A stretch of DNA of 64,000 bases from an uncultured delta proteobacterium (GTDB lineage Bacteria > Desulfobacterota > Binatia > UBA9968): NCBI GenBank assembly GCA_963755715.1, contig CAVWLW010000013.1:1-64000 (forward strand), read 5' to 3'. A program made the translations under genes and the position numbers. This document shows positions 42,377-51,022 of this stretch, piece after piece (positions within the stretch are counted from its first letter, which is position 1; the number at the start of each line of letters is the position of its first letter). The notes beneath the pieces are model-generated. The model had not been told where the DNA came from, did no database searches, and saw only the letters and a list, made by a program, of their open reading frames with translations.

Positions 42377-42524
42377 CTACTTTCGATAAAGCATGAACAG
42401 GAAATCTCGAATCACTTTGATCAACGGCTTGCCGAGAAAGAATTCGGTGGAAAAGCTGATGAGGCCGAGAGCGAAGACAAAGAGGAGCAAGAAAAAAGAT
42501 TATCGCGCCGATTTTAGACTTCAT
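42377..42524 (-). CDS. Probable 48-aa small membrane protein masked by a +1 error in a T6 run
   Basis: Removing one T near 42495 gives MKSKIGAIIFFLLLFVFALGLISFSTEFFLGKPLIKVIRDFLFMLYRK*, co-oriented between two minus-strand genes. Confidence 0.5.
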
Positions 42525-42616
42525 GTCGGTCATCACCCTCGAACCGAATGGCGATGATTTTATCAATATTAGCAGGGAAAGCGCCAGACGGGATAGAGCT
42601 CCAAGCCGCGGCTGCG

Positions 42617-43729
42617 CTAGGGCTTGATGCTTAAGCGAATGATCCGATCGTCGTCGGGCGCCGGGCTGCCGCGGCCATCGCGGTTGCTGGTAAGCAGATA
42701 GAGCGCTTTATCGGGTCCTTCGACAATATCTCGCAGGCGGCCGAACTGACGGGGAAAATGGCGCTCGAGATTTTCCGCCTTGCGCGGATCGTTGGGATCG
42801 AGAACGAGGCGATACAGAGTTTGCCCACGCAGGCCGGTAAAAAGCAGCGACCCGGCCCAAGGTCCGACGCTAACAAAAACAGCCCCGCTCGGCGCCCAAG
42901 TTTCGTTCGTGCCGGATTGGATGACCGGCGAAATCATGCCTTCTCTGGCATCGTCGCCGCGGATTTCCGGCCAGCCGTAGTTTTTGCCCGGCTCGATATA
43001 ATTTACTTCGTCGCGGCAGCAGCCTTGGAAACCGCTCGGTCCATGTTCGGTGGCATAAAGTCGTCCGGTGCCCGGTTGCCAGGCCAAGCCTTGGGGATTC
43101 CGATGGCCAAGCGAATAAACATAGGAGTTTGGAAATGGATTGTCCGCGGGTATGGTTCCGTCTGAATTGAGCCGGAGAATTTTTCCGTTCAATGATTTGA
43201 CGTTCTGCGCGTAGCGCGTCGTTTGCGCGTCGCCGACGGTCCAGTAGAGTTTTCCGTCCGGGCCGAATTTGACTCTGCCGCCGTCGTGGTTGCTTGCGCC
43301 GGCCACATCGTCGATGAGCACTTTGTCGAGAATGCCTTTGCCCTTTACATCTTCACGCAAGCGCACCAGACGATTGCGCAGGGAGAAAGCCCCGATGCGG
43401 TAACTGTAGGCGACGTAGAGGAAACGATTCTGTAAAAATTGCGGATCGACGGCGAGCCCCAGAAGTCCTGCTTCGCCGACCGCCGCGACGTCCAGCGTCA
43501 TCCACGGTTCGGGCCGTAGTTGGCCTTGCTCCACGATACGGATGCGGCCGGGACGTTCGCTGATAAAAATCCTGCCATCCGGAGCAAAATCCAGCGCCCA
43601 CGGCGTGTCCAAACCGCGCACGAAAGTTTCGATAGCAAGGTCGGGGGAGGCGGCGTTCGATGGGGCCGGAAAATTAATGCCGACAACGACGGTCACAATC
43701 AAGAAGAGCCGCAGCATGTTGATTGCCAT
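42617..43729 (-). CDS. PQQ-dependent soluble aldose/glucose-sorbosone dehydrogenase (YliI-like)
   Basis: GLDTPWALDFAPDGRIFISERPGRI; HDGGRVKFGPDGKLY; GHRNPQGL; EHGP; GRLRDIVEGPD. Confidence 0.92.
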   Translation of the reverse strand: MAINMLRLFLIVTVVVGINFPAPSNAASPDLAIETFVRGLDTPWALDFAPDGRIFISERPGRIRIVEQGQLRPEPWMTLDVAAVGEAGLLGLAVDPQFLQNRFLYVAYSYRIGAFSLRNRLVRLREDVKGKGILDKVLIDDVAGASNHDGGRVKFGPDGKLYWTVGDAQTTRYAQNVKSLNGKILRLNSDGTIPADNPFPNSYVYSLGHRNPQGLAWQPGTGRLYATEHGPSGFQGCCRDEVNYIEPGKNYGWPEIRGDDAREGMISPVIQSGTNETWAPSGAVFVSVGPWAGSLLFTGLRGQTLYRLVLDPNDPRKAENLERHFPRQFGRLRDIVEGPDKALYLLTSNRDGRGSPAPDDDRIIRLSIKP

Positions 43730-43792
43730 TCGCGTATTGATGCGTCGTTGGCAAGCAAAAGCGGTTGCCGGCGAATGCAAAAGTTTGATCGT

Positions 43793-45346
43793 TTAGTTGG
43801 CCGCCGGCGCGGTGCAGCAAGTTAGCTGCGCTGACTTTGGCGTCGAGCGATCGGGCGCTTCCCAGAGCGCGCGCAAATCGGGCGAGTAGGGATAGCGAAT
43901 GCCGTTTTCTTCGAGAATCTTGCCGGTCGCTTCCATTAGATCGCTGCGATTAAATACCATTGTCTCGTGGGTGAGGACGCCGGAGCTGGCAAATTTAAAG
44001 GTGATTTGTTCGTCGTGGCTGTCGCGCAGGATTTCCACCAGCTGACGCAAGTTCTTGACCGGCACGCCGTTGACTTCGCTCAACACGGAGCGATTGGGAT
44101 CGTCGTAGCCCCTGGTAATGCGATGGGGAAAAAGTGGCGACGCGACGACGACCAGCTCTTCGTTCTCGAAAGTGGGCTTGTCGAAGCGCCGGGTCACGAG
44201 CGGGCTCGGACTACGTCCTAAGGAAGGCGGCGGCTGATTACCAAGCCGCTCCAGATAGTCTTGGGTTGTTTGCGAGAAAACAAACGGGCCGAAGATAAAG
44301 TAGCGTGGATTTTTATCCATCAAAAAAGGAATGACCAGATCGCGTTGATAGCGCACCGGTAAACTGACTTGTATCAACCGGCCATCGCGATAAATCGTCA
44401 GCGGCAACAGGCCGTTCTTGGCAAACTTTTGCACGAGATAAGACGCCGAAAGGCGCAAATCATAGCGGATCGAAACTTTGCCGTCGGCGTCGATCGGCAT
44501 ATCGCCGATCTTGGTAATGACGTCCCACTCTTGGAGCGGATAGCCTGGACTGTCCTGATAGGGCTGCGCTACCATGACTCCATTGATGCCCTTCGGCAGC
44601 CCGAGCCGCTGGCGCAAGGCATCGTTCTCGACGGTTTGGACCAAGTCATTTAATTGCGGCTTGCCATCGTAAACGCCGTCGGCGACGTCTTTTAGAAAAA
44701 GCTGGATTTCTTCGACTGGGATCAAATAGCCGATGTTTTGTGCGTTCTGAATCAAGCTGAACACGAGCCCGACCAGTTTGCCGTCGGACACCGCTGGCCC
44801 GCCGCTGTTGCCGAAGTTGAGCGCGGCATCGACCTGAATGCGCAACCCGCTCGTCTGATAATAGTAGTCGGTGTACTCGATCCGCGAGACGATTCCCTGA
44901 GTGACGGAGAGCTCGGTACCGCCGGTGGGATAGCCATAAACATTGATCGCGTCTTTGACCCGCGGTAACTCCTGGGCGAAGGAAAGAGTGCCGCGGTTAT
45001 CAAAAAAAGATTCATCATCGAGCTTTAGAATCGCCAAGTCGATTCCCGGGGCGATGGCTTCGATGCGCGCCGGGATGTAGCTCGCCGATTGGTTGGGCTG
45101 AACATAAATTTGGCTCGCATATTTGACTACGTGGGCATTGGTGAGAATGCGCTTGCCGTCGATCACGACGCCCGACCCCTTCACCTGACGCGGACTGCTT
45201 TTGGTCCAGGGCCGGAGCAAATCCGGGCCCTGCTGGCTGGCGTGGATTTTTACGACCAAATCGCGGATTGCGTCCTGGGCGTGAAGCCGGGCCGGAAAAA
45301 TCGCGCAAAAGCAAAATATCACCAGTCGTAGAAACATTCGATCCAT
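43793..45346 (-). CDS. Trypsin-like (Deg/HtrA) serine protease with PDZ-like domains
   Basis: Triad ILTNAHVV / IDLAIL / DAALNFGNSGGP; signal peptide; EVNGVPVKNLRQL C-terminal PDZ. Confidence 0.92.
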   Translation of the reverse strand: MDRMFLRLVIFCFCAIFPARLHAQDAIRDLVVKIHASQQGPDLLRPWTKSSPRQVKGSGVVIDGKRILTNAHVVKYASQIYVQPNQSASYIPARIEAIAPGIDLAILKLDDESFFDNRGTLSFAQELPRVKDAINVYGYPTGGTELSVTQGIVSRIEYTDYYYQTSGLRIQVDAALNFGNSGGPAVSDGKLVGLVFSLIQNAQNIGYLIPVEEIQLFLKDVADGVYDGKPQLNDLVQTVENDALRQRLGLPKGINGVMVAQPYQDSPGYPLQEWDVITKIGDMPIDADGKVSIRYDLRLSASYLVQKFAKNGLLPLTIYRDGRLIQVSLPVRYQRDLVIPFLMDKNPRYFIFGPFVFSQTTQDYLERLGNQPPPSLGRSPSPLVTRRFDKPTFENEELVVVASPLFPHRITRGYDDPNRSVLSEVNGVPVKNLRQLVEILRDSHDEQITFKFASSGVLTHETMVFNRSDLMEATGKILEENGIRYPYSPDLRALWEAPDRSTPKSAQLTCCTAPAAN

Positions 45347-45479
45347 TATATCTCCTTGCGCCGCTGCGTCATAATAAAACAGTGCGCATTATATACCAAA
45401 AGAGTGCTAAGTGAAGCCGCTAAAAAATCGCTGGTTTTGACTGAACGAAATTCATCTAGTATAGCCAAGCGATCCCACA

Positions 45480-45698
45480 TGTTATGGCTTCTTAGGCGAC
45501 TGCACTCCTGGCAGCTGACGCTGGTAGCTCTCAGCCACTGCAAGGGTCGTGATTGTTTCTCCGATTGTCGCTAGAGCCGTTTTCAGCCTAGTTATTTCGC
45601 TGATTTTCCTGCGCGGCAAGAAAAGCGTCACCAGTCGCACGATCCTCGGTACAGTGGCGGTCGTAGCCGGTACGATCGTCATTGTTTTGGGAAGGTAG
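45480..45698 (+). pseudogene. 3' remnant of an EamA/DMT-family transporter gene
   Basis: Translates as ..ATARVVIVSPIVARAVFSLVISLIFLRGKKSVTSRTILGTVAVVAGTIVIVLGR*, typical of the last two EamA helices. No 5' part is present. Confidence 0.6.
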
Positions 45699-45781
45699 CG
45701 GCATGAAATCGTCTTGACAGCGTGAAGGTCTCAAGCCTATCGGTAATTTCATAGTGCAGTTAATTCTCCAAGGAGGCAGCC

Positions 45782-46090
45782 ATGTGGTATTTAGTTTTAC
45801 GACGACCGGTAAAGCCGCGCGAAGAGTGGACGGTGACTCTCGATCAACATCTGGTCTGGATGAAGCAACAACACGAATCGGGAAAGATTCTCTTTTCGGG
45901 TCCGACCACGGATCGCAAGTATGGAGTTTATGTTATCCGCGCGGCGTCGAAGACTGACGCAGAGCAGATCGCGGCGAGCGATCCTTACACTGCGGCGGGC
46001 TTTGCCGCTTTTGAATTGCTCGAATGGGAAGTGCATCAGATCATGGGCGTGGGACCGTTCACGGCGGCGGAGATGCGCGCGCACCGGTGA
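45782..46090 (+). CDS. YciI-family protein
   Basis: HLVWMKQQHESGKILFSGP; AEQIAASDPY; RBS aaggagg. Confidence 0.88.
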   Translation: MWYLVLRRPVKPREEWTVTLDQHLVWMKQQHESGKILFSGPTTDRKYGVYVIRAASKTDAEQIAASDPYTAAGFAAFELLEWEVHQIMGVGPFTAAEMRAHR

Positions 46091-46153
46091 GAAAAACGGC
46101 GACTGAAATGTTGGAGTGATGGAATGATGGGTGATTTGGGGGGGACGAGAAAA

Positions 46154-47270
46154 GTGAAATCGTTACGAATCATCGCTATGGCTGTTTTTTTGGCGCAACT
46201 TCGCCGCTGCCAGCGTTCGGGCGCAATCGGACTGGAAAAAACAGTGGGAAGCGACGGTGCAAGCAGCGAAGAAAGACGGCGAGGTAGTGATCTACGGTCC
46301 GCACAATCCGGCTTATCAGCAAATCTGGGCGATTTTTCAGAAAAGTTATCCCGACATAAAGTTTAGTTTCGTTCCCGGCAAAGGCGCCGATCACGCGCAG
46401 CGAATCGTCTCGGAACGTCGCGCCGGAAAGTATCTAGCCGATCTGCTCATGGGCGGTTCGTCGAGCTTTGCAGTGTTCGCGCCCGGCACCTTGGAGCCTC
46501 TAAAGCCGCTGCTTGTCTTACCCGAAGTCACGGATCCGTCCGGATGGCTCGACGGCAAGCTCTATTTTGCCGACACCAGCAATGCCGCATTGATTATTTC
46601 AGGGGAGATCGGCACGCGCCGCGGCTCCTATAACACCAAGCTCGTCGATCCGAAGGAGATCCAATCCTGGTGGGATTTGCTCCAGCCGAGATGGAAGGGC
46701 AGACTTGGCAGCTTTGATCCACGGGTCGCGGGAGGGGGCGGCGAGACTTTCATGTTCTTTTATTACACGCCGTCGTTGGGGCAGAAATTTATTACTCGAT
46801 TTCTTACCGAGACCGACCTTGTGCTGACCCGTGATTTGCAGCAGGGCACCGATTGGTTGGCGCACGGCAAGATTCATTTTTACATCGGCAGCGGTCAGCC
46901 GATCATGAAGGCAAAAAAGCAAGGGCTGCCCGTTGATCTGATGCCGCATCCGATGAAGGAAGGTGACATCATGGGCGGCGGCTCCTGCTGCATGGCGGTG
47001 ATGAACCGGGCGCCGCATCCGAACGCGACGAAGCTTTTCATCAATTGGGTGTTGTCGCGCGAAGGCCAGAGCGCGTGGCAGAAATATACCGAGGTGAACT
47101 CGTTGCGCATGGATATCCCGAAAAGCGATCTACTGGCGGACGACGTGCCGCAAAAAGGCGTGAATTATTTCATGCTCAATTCCGCCAAGTACAACGAGCC
47201 AGCAGGGCGCAAGGATTTGCACAAGATTGTCGACGAGGCGCTCAAGACAGCGGAGAAAGCGAAAGGATAA
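46154..47270 (+). CDS. Extracellular solute-binding protein, frameshift in the signal region near 46200
   Basis: WEATVQAAKKDGEVVIYG; YNTKLVDP..SWWDLLQPRWKG; RAPHPNATKLFINWVLSREGQ. Confidence 0.87.
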
Positions 47271-47288
47271 GGGCGGAAGGATAAAAGC

Positions 47289-48242
47289 ATGGCATCGATC
47301 GGATTAATTGGGCTGGGTAACGCCGGCCGCCCAATGGCTGAGCGAATTCTCGCAAAGGGACATTCCCTCACGGTGTTTGATATCGACACCGGAGCGCTTG
47401 ATCGGGTTGTCCAGCGCGGCGCACGTCCGGCGCATTCCGCGGGCGCGGCGGTCTCGGACATTACCATCACGCTGCTGCCGTCATCGGTGGAAGTGCGACA
47501 AGCCGTGTTGGGTGAAAACGGTGTGTTGAACTCACTTCGGCCGGCATCGACGGTGATCGATCTCAGCGGCACCGATCCGGATTGCGCGCGCGAGCTGGAA
47601 GAACGATTGCGGGAAACGCAGGCCACGTTCATCGGCGGGACGATTCACGCCAGCGGCGCGCCGGCCGTAGTGATTCCACAAGGCCGATTCTCGATCGTCA
47701 TCGGGGGAGAGAAAGCCAAGATCGCGGCCGCCGCGGCTTTCCTGAACGAAGTGGCGCAAACGGTTATCTGTTTGCCCGAGCCGTGGATGCCGAAGGCTTT
47801 CAAGATCGCGATCATCCTATACGCGACGGCGAATAATATCATCACCGCGGAAATTTGTTCTTGGCTCACCGCCCAAGGCGCCGACCCGAAGTTGTTTCTC
47901 AAACTGTTGCAGACTACCGGCTCCCAAGCTTCCGCGATCCGCATGGAAGAGTTCATGAAGCGCAAGAATAACCACGGCGGCGCGCTCAGCAACAGCTACA
48001 AAGATTTCCGCCAAGCTTTAAGCATCGCCGCAAAGTTGGAGATTCCGATGCCACTTGCGTCGACGGCCAATCAGATCCAAGAAATGGCGCGGGCGAGCGG
48101 CTTCGCGCGGCTCAATAGTCCGGCCGCGATGGGCGAGCTGTACGAGCTGATTACGGGCACCGATTTGAGCGGCGCAACGATGGACGCCGAAAAGAAACTT
48201 CACGAGGAATGTGAGCCGCGAGTGATCTACTTGGCTGAATAA
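47289..48242 (+). CDS. Beta-hydroxyacid dehydrogenase (3-hydroxyisobutyrate DH / tartronate semialdehyde reductase family)
   Basis: IGLIGLGNAGRPMA Rossmann motif; TVIDLSGTDP; AFKIA; YKDFRQALS. Confidence 0.85.
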   Translation: MASIGLIGLGNAGRPMAERILAKGHSLTVFDIDTGALDRVVQRGARPAHSAGAAVSDITITLLPSSVEVRQAVLGENGVLNSLRPASTVIDLSGTDPDCARELEERLRETQATFIGGTIHASGAPAVVIPQGRFSIVIGGEKAKIAAAAAFLNEVAQTVICLPEPWMPKAFKIAIILYATANNIITAEICSWLTAQGADPKLFLKLLQTTGSQASAIRMEEFMKRKNNHGGALSNSYKDFRQALSIAAKLEIPMPLASTANQIQEMARASGFARLNSPAAMGELYELITGTDLSGATMDAEKKLHEECEPRVIYLAE

Positions 48243-48351
48243 AGGCGAATCCGAAAGCACTAGATTTTTTATGGGGCTGAGCCAGGAAAACGTGAAATTG
48301 CCGGGACGCCCGCTCGGTCTCCGCGGCGCGTTTGGCGCGTAGGATGACCCT

Positions 48352-48414
48352 CAAAAAAAAATTTAAAAAACTTAAAAATCTATCTTGACAGGAACGCTAC
48401 ACGGCGTTAGGAAT
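48352..48414 (+). promoter_or_regulatory. Sigma-70-type promoter with A-tract UP element
   Basis: Phased A-tracts (48353-48378), perfect TTGACA at 48385-48390, 17-nt spacer, TAGGAA(T) at 48408-48414. Confidence 0.6.
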
Positions 48415-48419
48415 TGGGT

Positions 48420-48715
48420 TAGCCCCAGCCTCCAAAGGGGTGAGAAGAGCACGAACGAAGCGCGCACGTTTTCAGCTCTTCGAAAGTGGAGGTCGATTAT
48501 GGAAGATAGTCCGCCGGGCGAGTCAGGCCCGCAGACCGCGGGCGGCAGCAGTTCGAGCAAGCTACCAGTCAGGCATCGAGCTGTGTGAATCAAGCCCTCG
48601 ACTTCGGCGCCAGTTAAGGCGCGAACCCGGAGACGGGTCAATCAGAAGGTTGGGCTTCCTCAAAGCAGCCTCGAACTTTACTGACGAGAGAGCTGGTTTG
48701 AAGTCAAAGCTGCGT
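48420..48715 (+). ncRNA. Candidate structured non-coding or dual-function RNA (unassigned family)
   Basis: Extensive nested pairing: 48428-34/48487-93, 48444-50/48475-81, 48545-49/48709-13, 48552-58/48696-702, 48568-72/48681-85, 48576-80/48670-74, 48592-97/48652-57 and a 48625-38 GAGA hairpin. It lies between a promoter and a terminator, with no long ORF. Confidence 0.55.
48499..48588 (+). CDS. Possible 29-aa peptide MEDSPPGESGPQTAGGSSSSKLPVRHRAV
   Basis: GGAGG at 48488-48492, 6 nt before the ATG. The RBS is paired with cctcc in the 5' hairpin. Confidence 0.35.
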   Translation: MEDSPPGESGPQTAGGSSSSKLPVRHRAV

Positions 48716-48778
48716 TAATTGCGGAAAGTGGGCAGCAGTTACTAAAATTAAATAAGCATAATGGCGCGATGGCGTCGG

Positions 48779-48822
48779 CAAAACGGGCAGGTCAATAGAG
48801 ATGACTGCCCGTTTTGTTTTTG
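48779..48822 (+). terminator. Intrinsic terminator (possibly bidirectional)
   Basis: caaaacgggca-g-gtca-atagaga-tgac-tgcccgttttg followed by tttttg. Confidence 0.65.
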
Positions 48823-48878
48823 TAAACAGTGAAGCGAGCAAAGCGGCGTCGTGAGAATGCATGAGCCTCTGAGGTTGC

Positions 48879-49589
48879 TTATCCGCGCAGAAGTTTGCCG
48901 TATCCTTCAATCGACGCTTTCATGCCGAGGACCTGCATGACCCACCACAGCGCCGCCGCAGTGCTGGATACCACCGGCTTTCCCGTGTCATCTTCAAGTT
49001 CCTGGACATAGGCGACCGAGCGCCAGCGTCCCTGAATCAGCAAGCTATCGACATCAGGATGCTGGCGAAATAACTCACGCGCGACTTTATAGGACGCATA
49101 GTCCGGCAGCTTAACCTGATCCACTGGTTTAGAAACTTCCAAACCTTTGATCGCCAGAACTTCCAAGCCGCCGTCCTCGTAATATTTCTTGACGGCCTGA
49201 TTAATGCTTTCCTTGTAGGCGGTAGCAATGACCGTGCTGCGGACCTTTAAAAATTTGAGCGCTGCCACTGTTGCGCTCATCGCTGTGCTGACGGGCAAGC
49301 CGACTTGCCCCGAGAGTTTCGCCACCACTTCCTGTTCCGCCGCGTAACCGCGCTGCGTGCCCAAAGTGATACCGCCCATGAGAATCGCGTCGCACTCCTC
49401 GGCGGCGAAGATGCCCAAGCCGGCGCCGAGGGCATCGATCGCTTTGTTGAATTCGGCTTCAGTGTGAGCCTGGACGTTGAGACCCGAGGCAACGATCGTA
49501 AAGCCTTGAGGCAAGATCAAATCCCAATCCGAAGGAGTTTCGAATACCGACGGCGATAAATATCCGATCCGTGCTTTCCAACCTGACAC
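48879..49589 (-). CDS. Maleate isomerase / arylmalonate decarboxylase (Asp/Glu racemase) family protein
   Basis: WKARIGYLSPS; LPVSTAMSATVAALKFL; ATAYKESIN; ELEDDTGKPVVSSTAAALW; GYGKLL. GTG start with aggag RBS. Confidence 0.85.
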   Translation of the reverse strand: MSGWKARIGYLSPSVFETPSDWDLILPQGFTIVASGLNVQAHTEAEFNKAIDALGAGLGIFAAEECDAILMGGITLGTQRGYAAEQEVVAKLSGQVGLPVSTAMSATVAALKFLKVRSTVIATAYKESINQAVKKYYEDGGLEVLAIKGLEVSKPVDQVKLPDYASYKVARELFRQHPDVDSLLIQGRWRSVAYVQELEDDTGKPVVSSTAAALWWVMQVLGMKASIEGYGKLLRG

Positions 49590-49852
49590 GCGTTTCTCCT
49601 TGTTATCGAATTTTGAATTGGCGATAGTAACGGCGAGCCGACTGGGTCTTTCTATATCAATACACAGTCCATGAAAAGTCCTGGTGAGCGCTAGGAGGCG
49701 TCGCTGATTGTGGCTTGCCATGTAGCCTCAAACGAAACATGTCGCTTCGGCCACAGAAAATGCTATTCTGCGCGTCAAATATATAATATATATATGTTGC
49801 TCGAACGCTCAATAATTTATGATTTAATGCTTTTATTTATGTTTTATATCTT

Positions 49853-51010
49853 ATGATATTAAAAAGAATTAAGTTTTTGCAGAGCTATTTCCGATCGGCC
49901 GCGCTATTGGCCGCTTTGGTCTTTTTGTTCTCGGCGGGACACGCTCTCGCCACCGGCGGCGAGAACCTGGAATATAACCAGCGCGCCACCGCGACGGCGC
50001 AAATTCTCGCCGGCATCACTCCCAACCCGCCGGATCCCGCGTTGAAACGATTTGTCGAAGCTGACGCGTTTAAAGAGCACCAGCAGTGGATGACCTCTAG
50101 TTGGAATCAGGTGCGCAACCGCATCCAGACTATGGAAGCTTGGCGTACCCATGAGATCAAGATCGCGGGCGCACAGAAAAAAACCCTGATCTATCCGTTC
50201 AGCGGTCCGGATTTTTTAAATGCATACGCTTTTTTCCCTGACCATGGACGCTACGTGTTCTTTAGTCTCGAAAGGCCCGGAACACTGCCTGATTTGGAAT
50301 CGGTAACCCTCGTGCAGTTTACCAAGCTGCTGCAAGACGTGCGCAGCGCGTTTCGCGATATTTTCGAGCGGAATTATTTCATCACGTCGTATATGACCAA
50401 ACAGTTGACGACACCGTGGATCCGCGGCACGGTGCCGGTGATGGCGACCATGATGGCGTTGATGAATCGGCGGATCATAAGAATAGAGCCCCTCGATCTG
50501 TTTCCGGAGCTCACTCACGCTTACGATTCGCCGGAAGCAAAACGACCGCCGGTGGTGATGCGGGCCGTGCGCATCGAGTTCGCCAATCCAAATGCTTCGG
50601 GCACGCAACAGCTTTACTACGTTGGGCTGGACGCAACCGACAAAGCGCTCGAATTCTACCCGGACTTCCTCAATTGGGTTGGTCAGTATAAGCAGGCGAC
50701 GGTTCTGATCAAATCGGCATCCTATCTGTTGCATGATCAGCAATTTTCAAAAACCCGCACCATGCTTTTGGACGCGGCCGACATCGTCGTGCAAGACGAC
50801 ACCGGAATCCCTTATCGCTATATCAATCAGAATCCGTGGCAGGTGAAGTTATACGGGCGCTACCACCGACCAATCCGACCGATGAGGTATGGTTATCAGA
50901 AGGATCTCGAGGTAGCCTTTAATTCCCGCCAGGAGCAGAGTTCACTGCCATTTCCTTTCGGCTATCATTGGCGCGGACAACAGTCCGGTCTCATCGTCGC
51001 ACACCGTTAG
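49853..51010 (+). CDS. Conserved-looking exported hypothetical protein
   Basis: Signal peptide; motif-like YPFSGPDFL, NYFITSYM, IKSASYLLH, VQDDTGIPY, LPFPFGY. Confidence 0.75.
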   Translation: MILKRIKFLQSYFRSAALLAALVFLFSAGHALATGGENLEYNQRATATAQILAGITPNPPDPALKRFVEADAFKEHQQWMTSSWNQVRNRIQTMEAWRTHEIKIAGAQKKTLIYPFSGPDFLNAYAFFPDHGRYVFFSLERPGTLPDLESVTLVQFTKLLQDVRSAFRDIFERNYFITSYMTKQLTTPWIRGTVPVMATMMALMNRRIIRIEPLDLFPELTHAYDSPEAKRPPVVMRAVRIEFANPNASGTQQLYYVGLDATDKALEFYPDFLNWVGQYKQATVLIKSASYLLHDQQFSKTRTMLLDAADIVVQDDTGIPYRYINQNPWQVKLYGRYHRPIRPMRYGYQKDLEVAFNSRQEQSSLPFPFGYHWRGQQSGLIVAHR

Positions 51011-51022
51011 CGAGGCGATCCC

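Noticed and set aside
48499-48588. Type I toxin or RiPP precursor
   Set aside because: The peptide is not hydrophobic and there are no modifying enzymes nearby.
48420-48715. Calling the structured RNA 6S, SRP, RNase P, tmRNA or a riboswitch
   Set aside because: It has no SRP domain-IV GGAA/GCAGC hairpin, no tRNA-like ends and no RNase P core motifs. It lacks a clear large central bubble and the zapA/ygfA context of 6S, and there is no same-strand downstream gene. Left unassigned.
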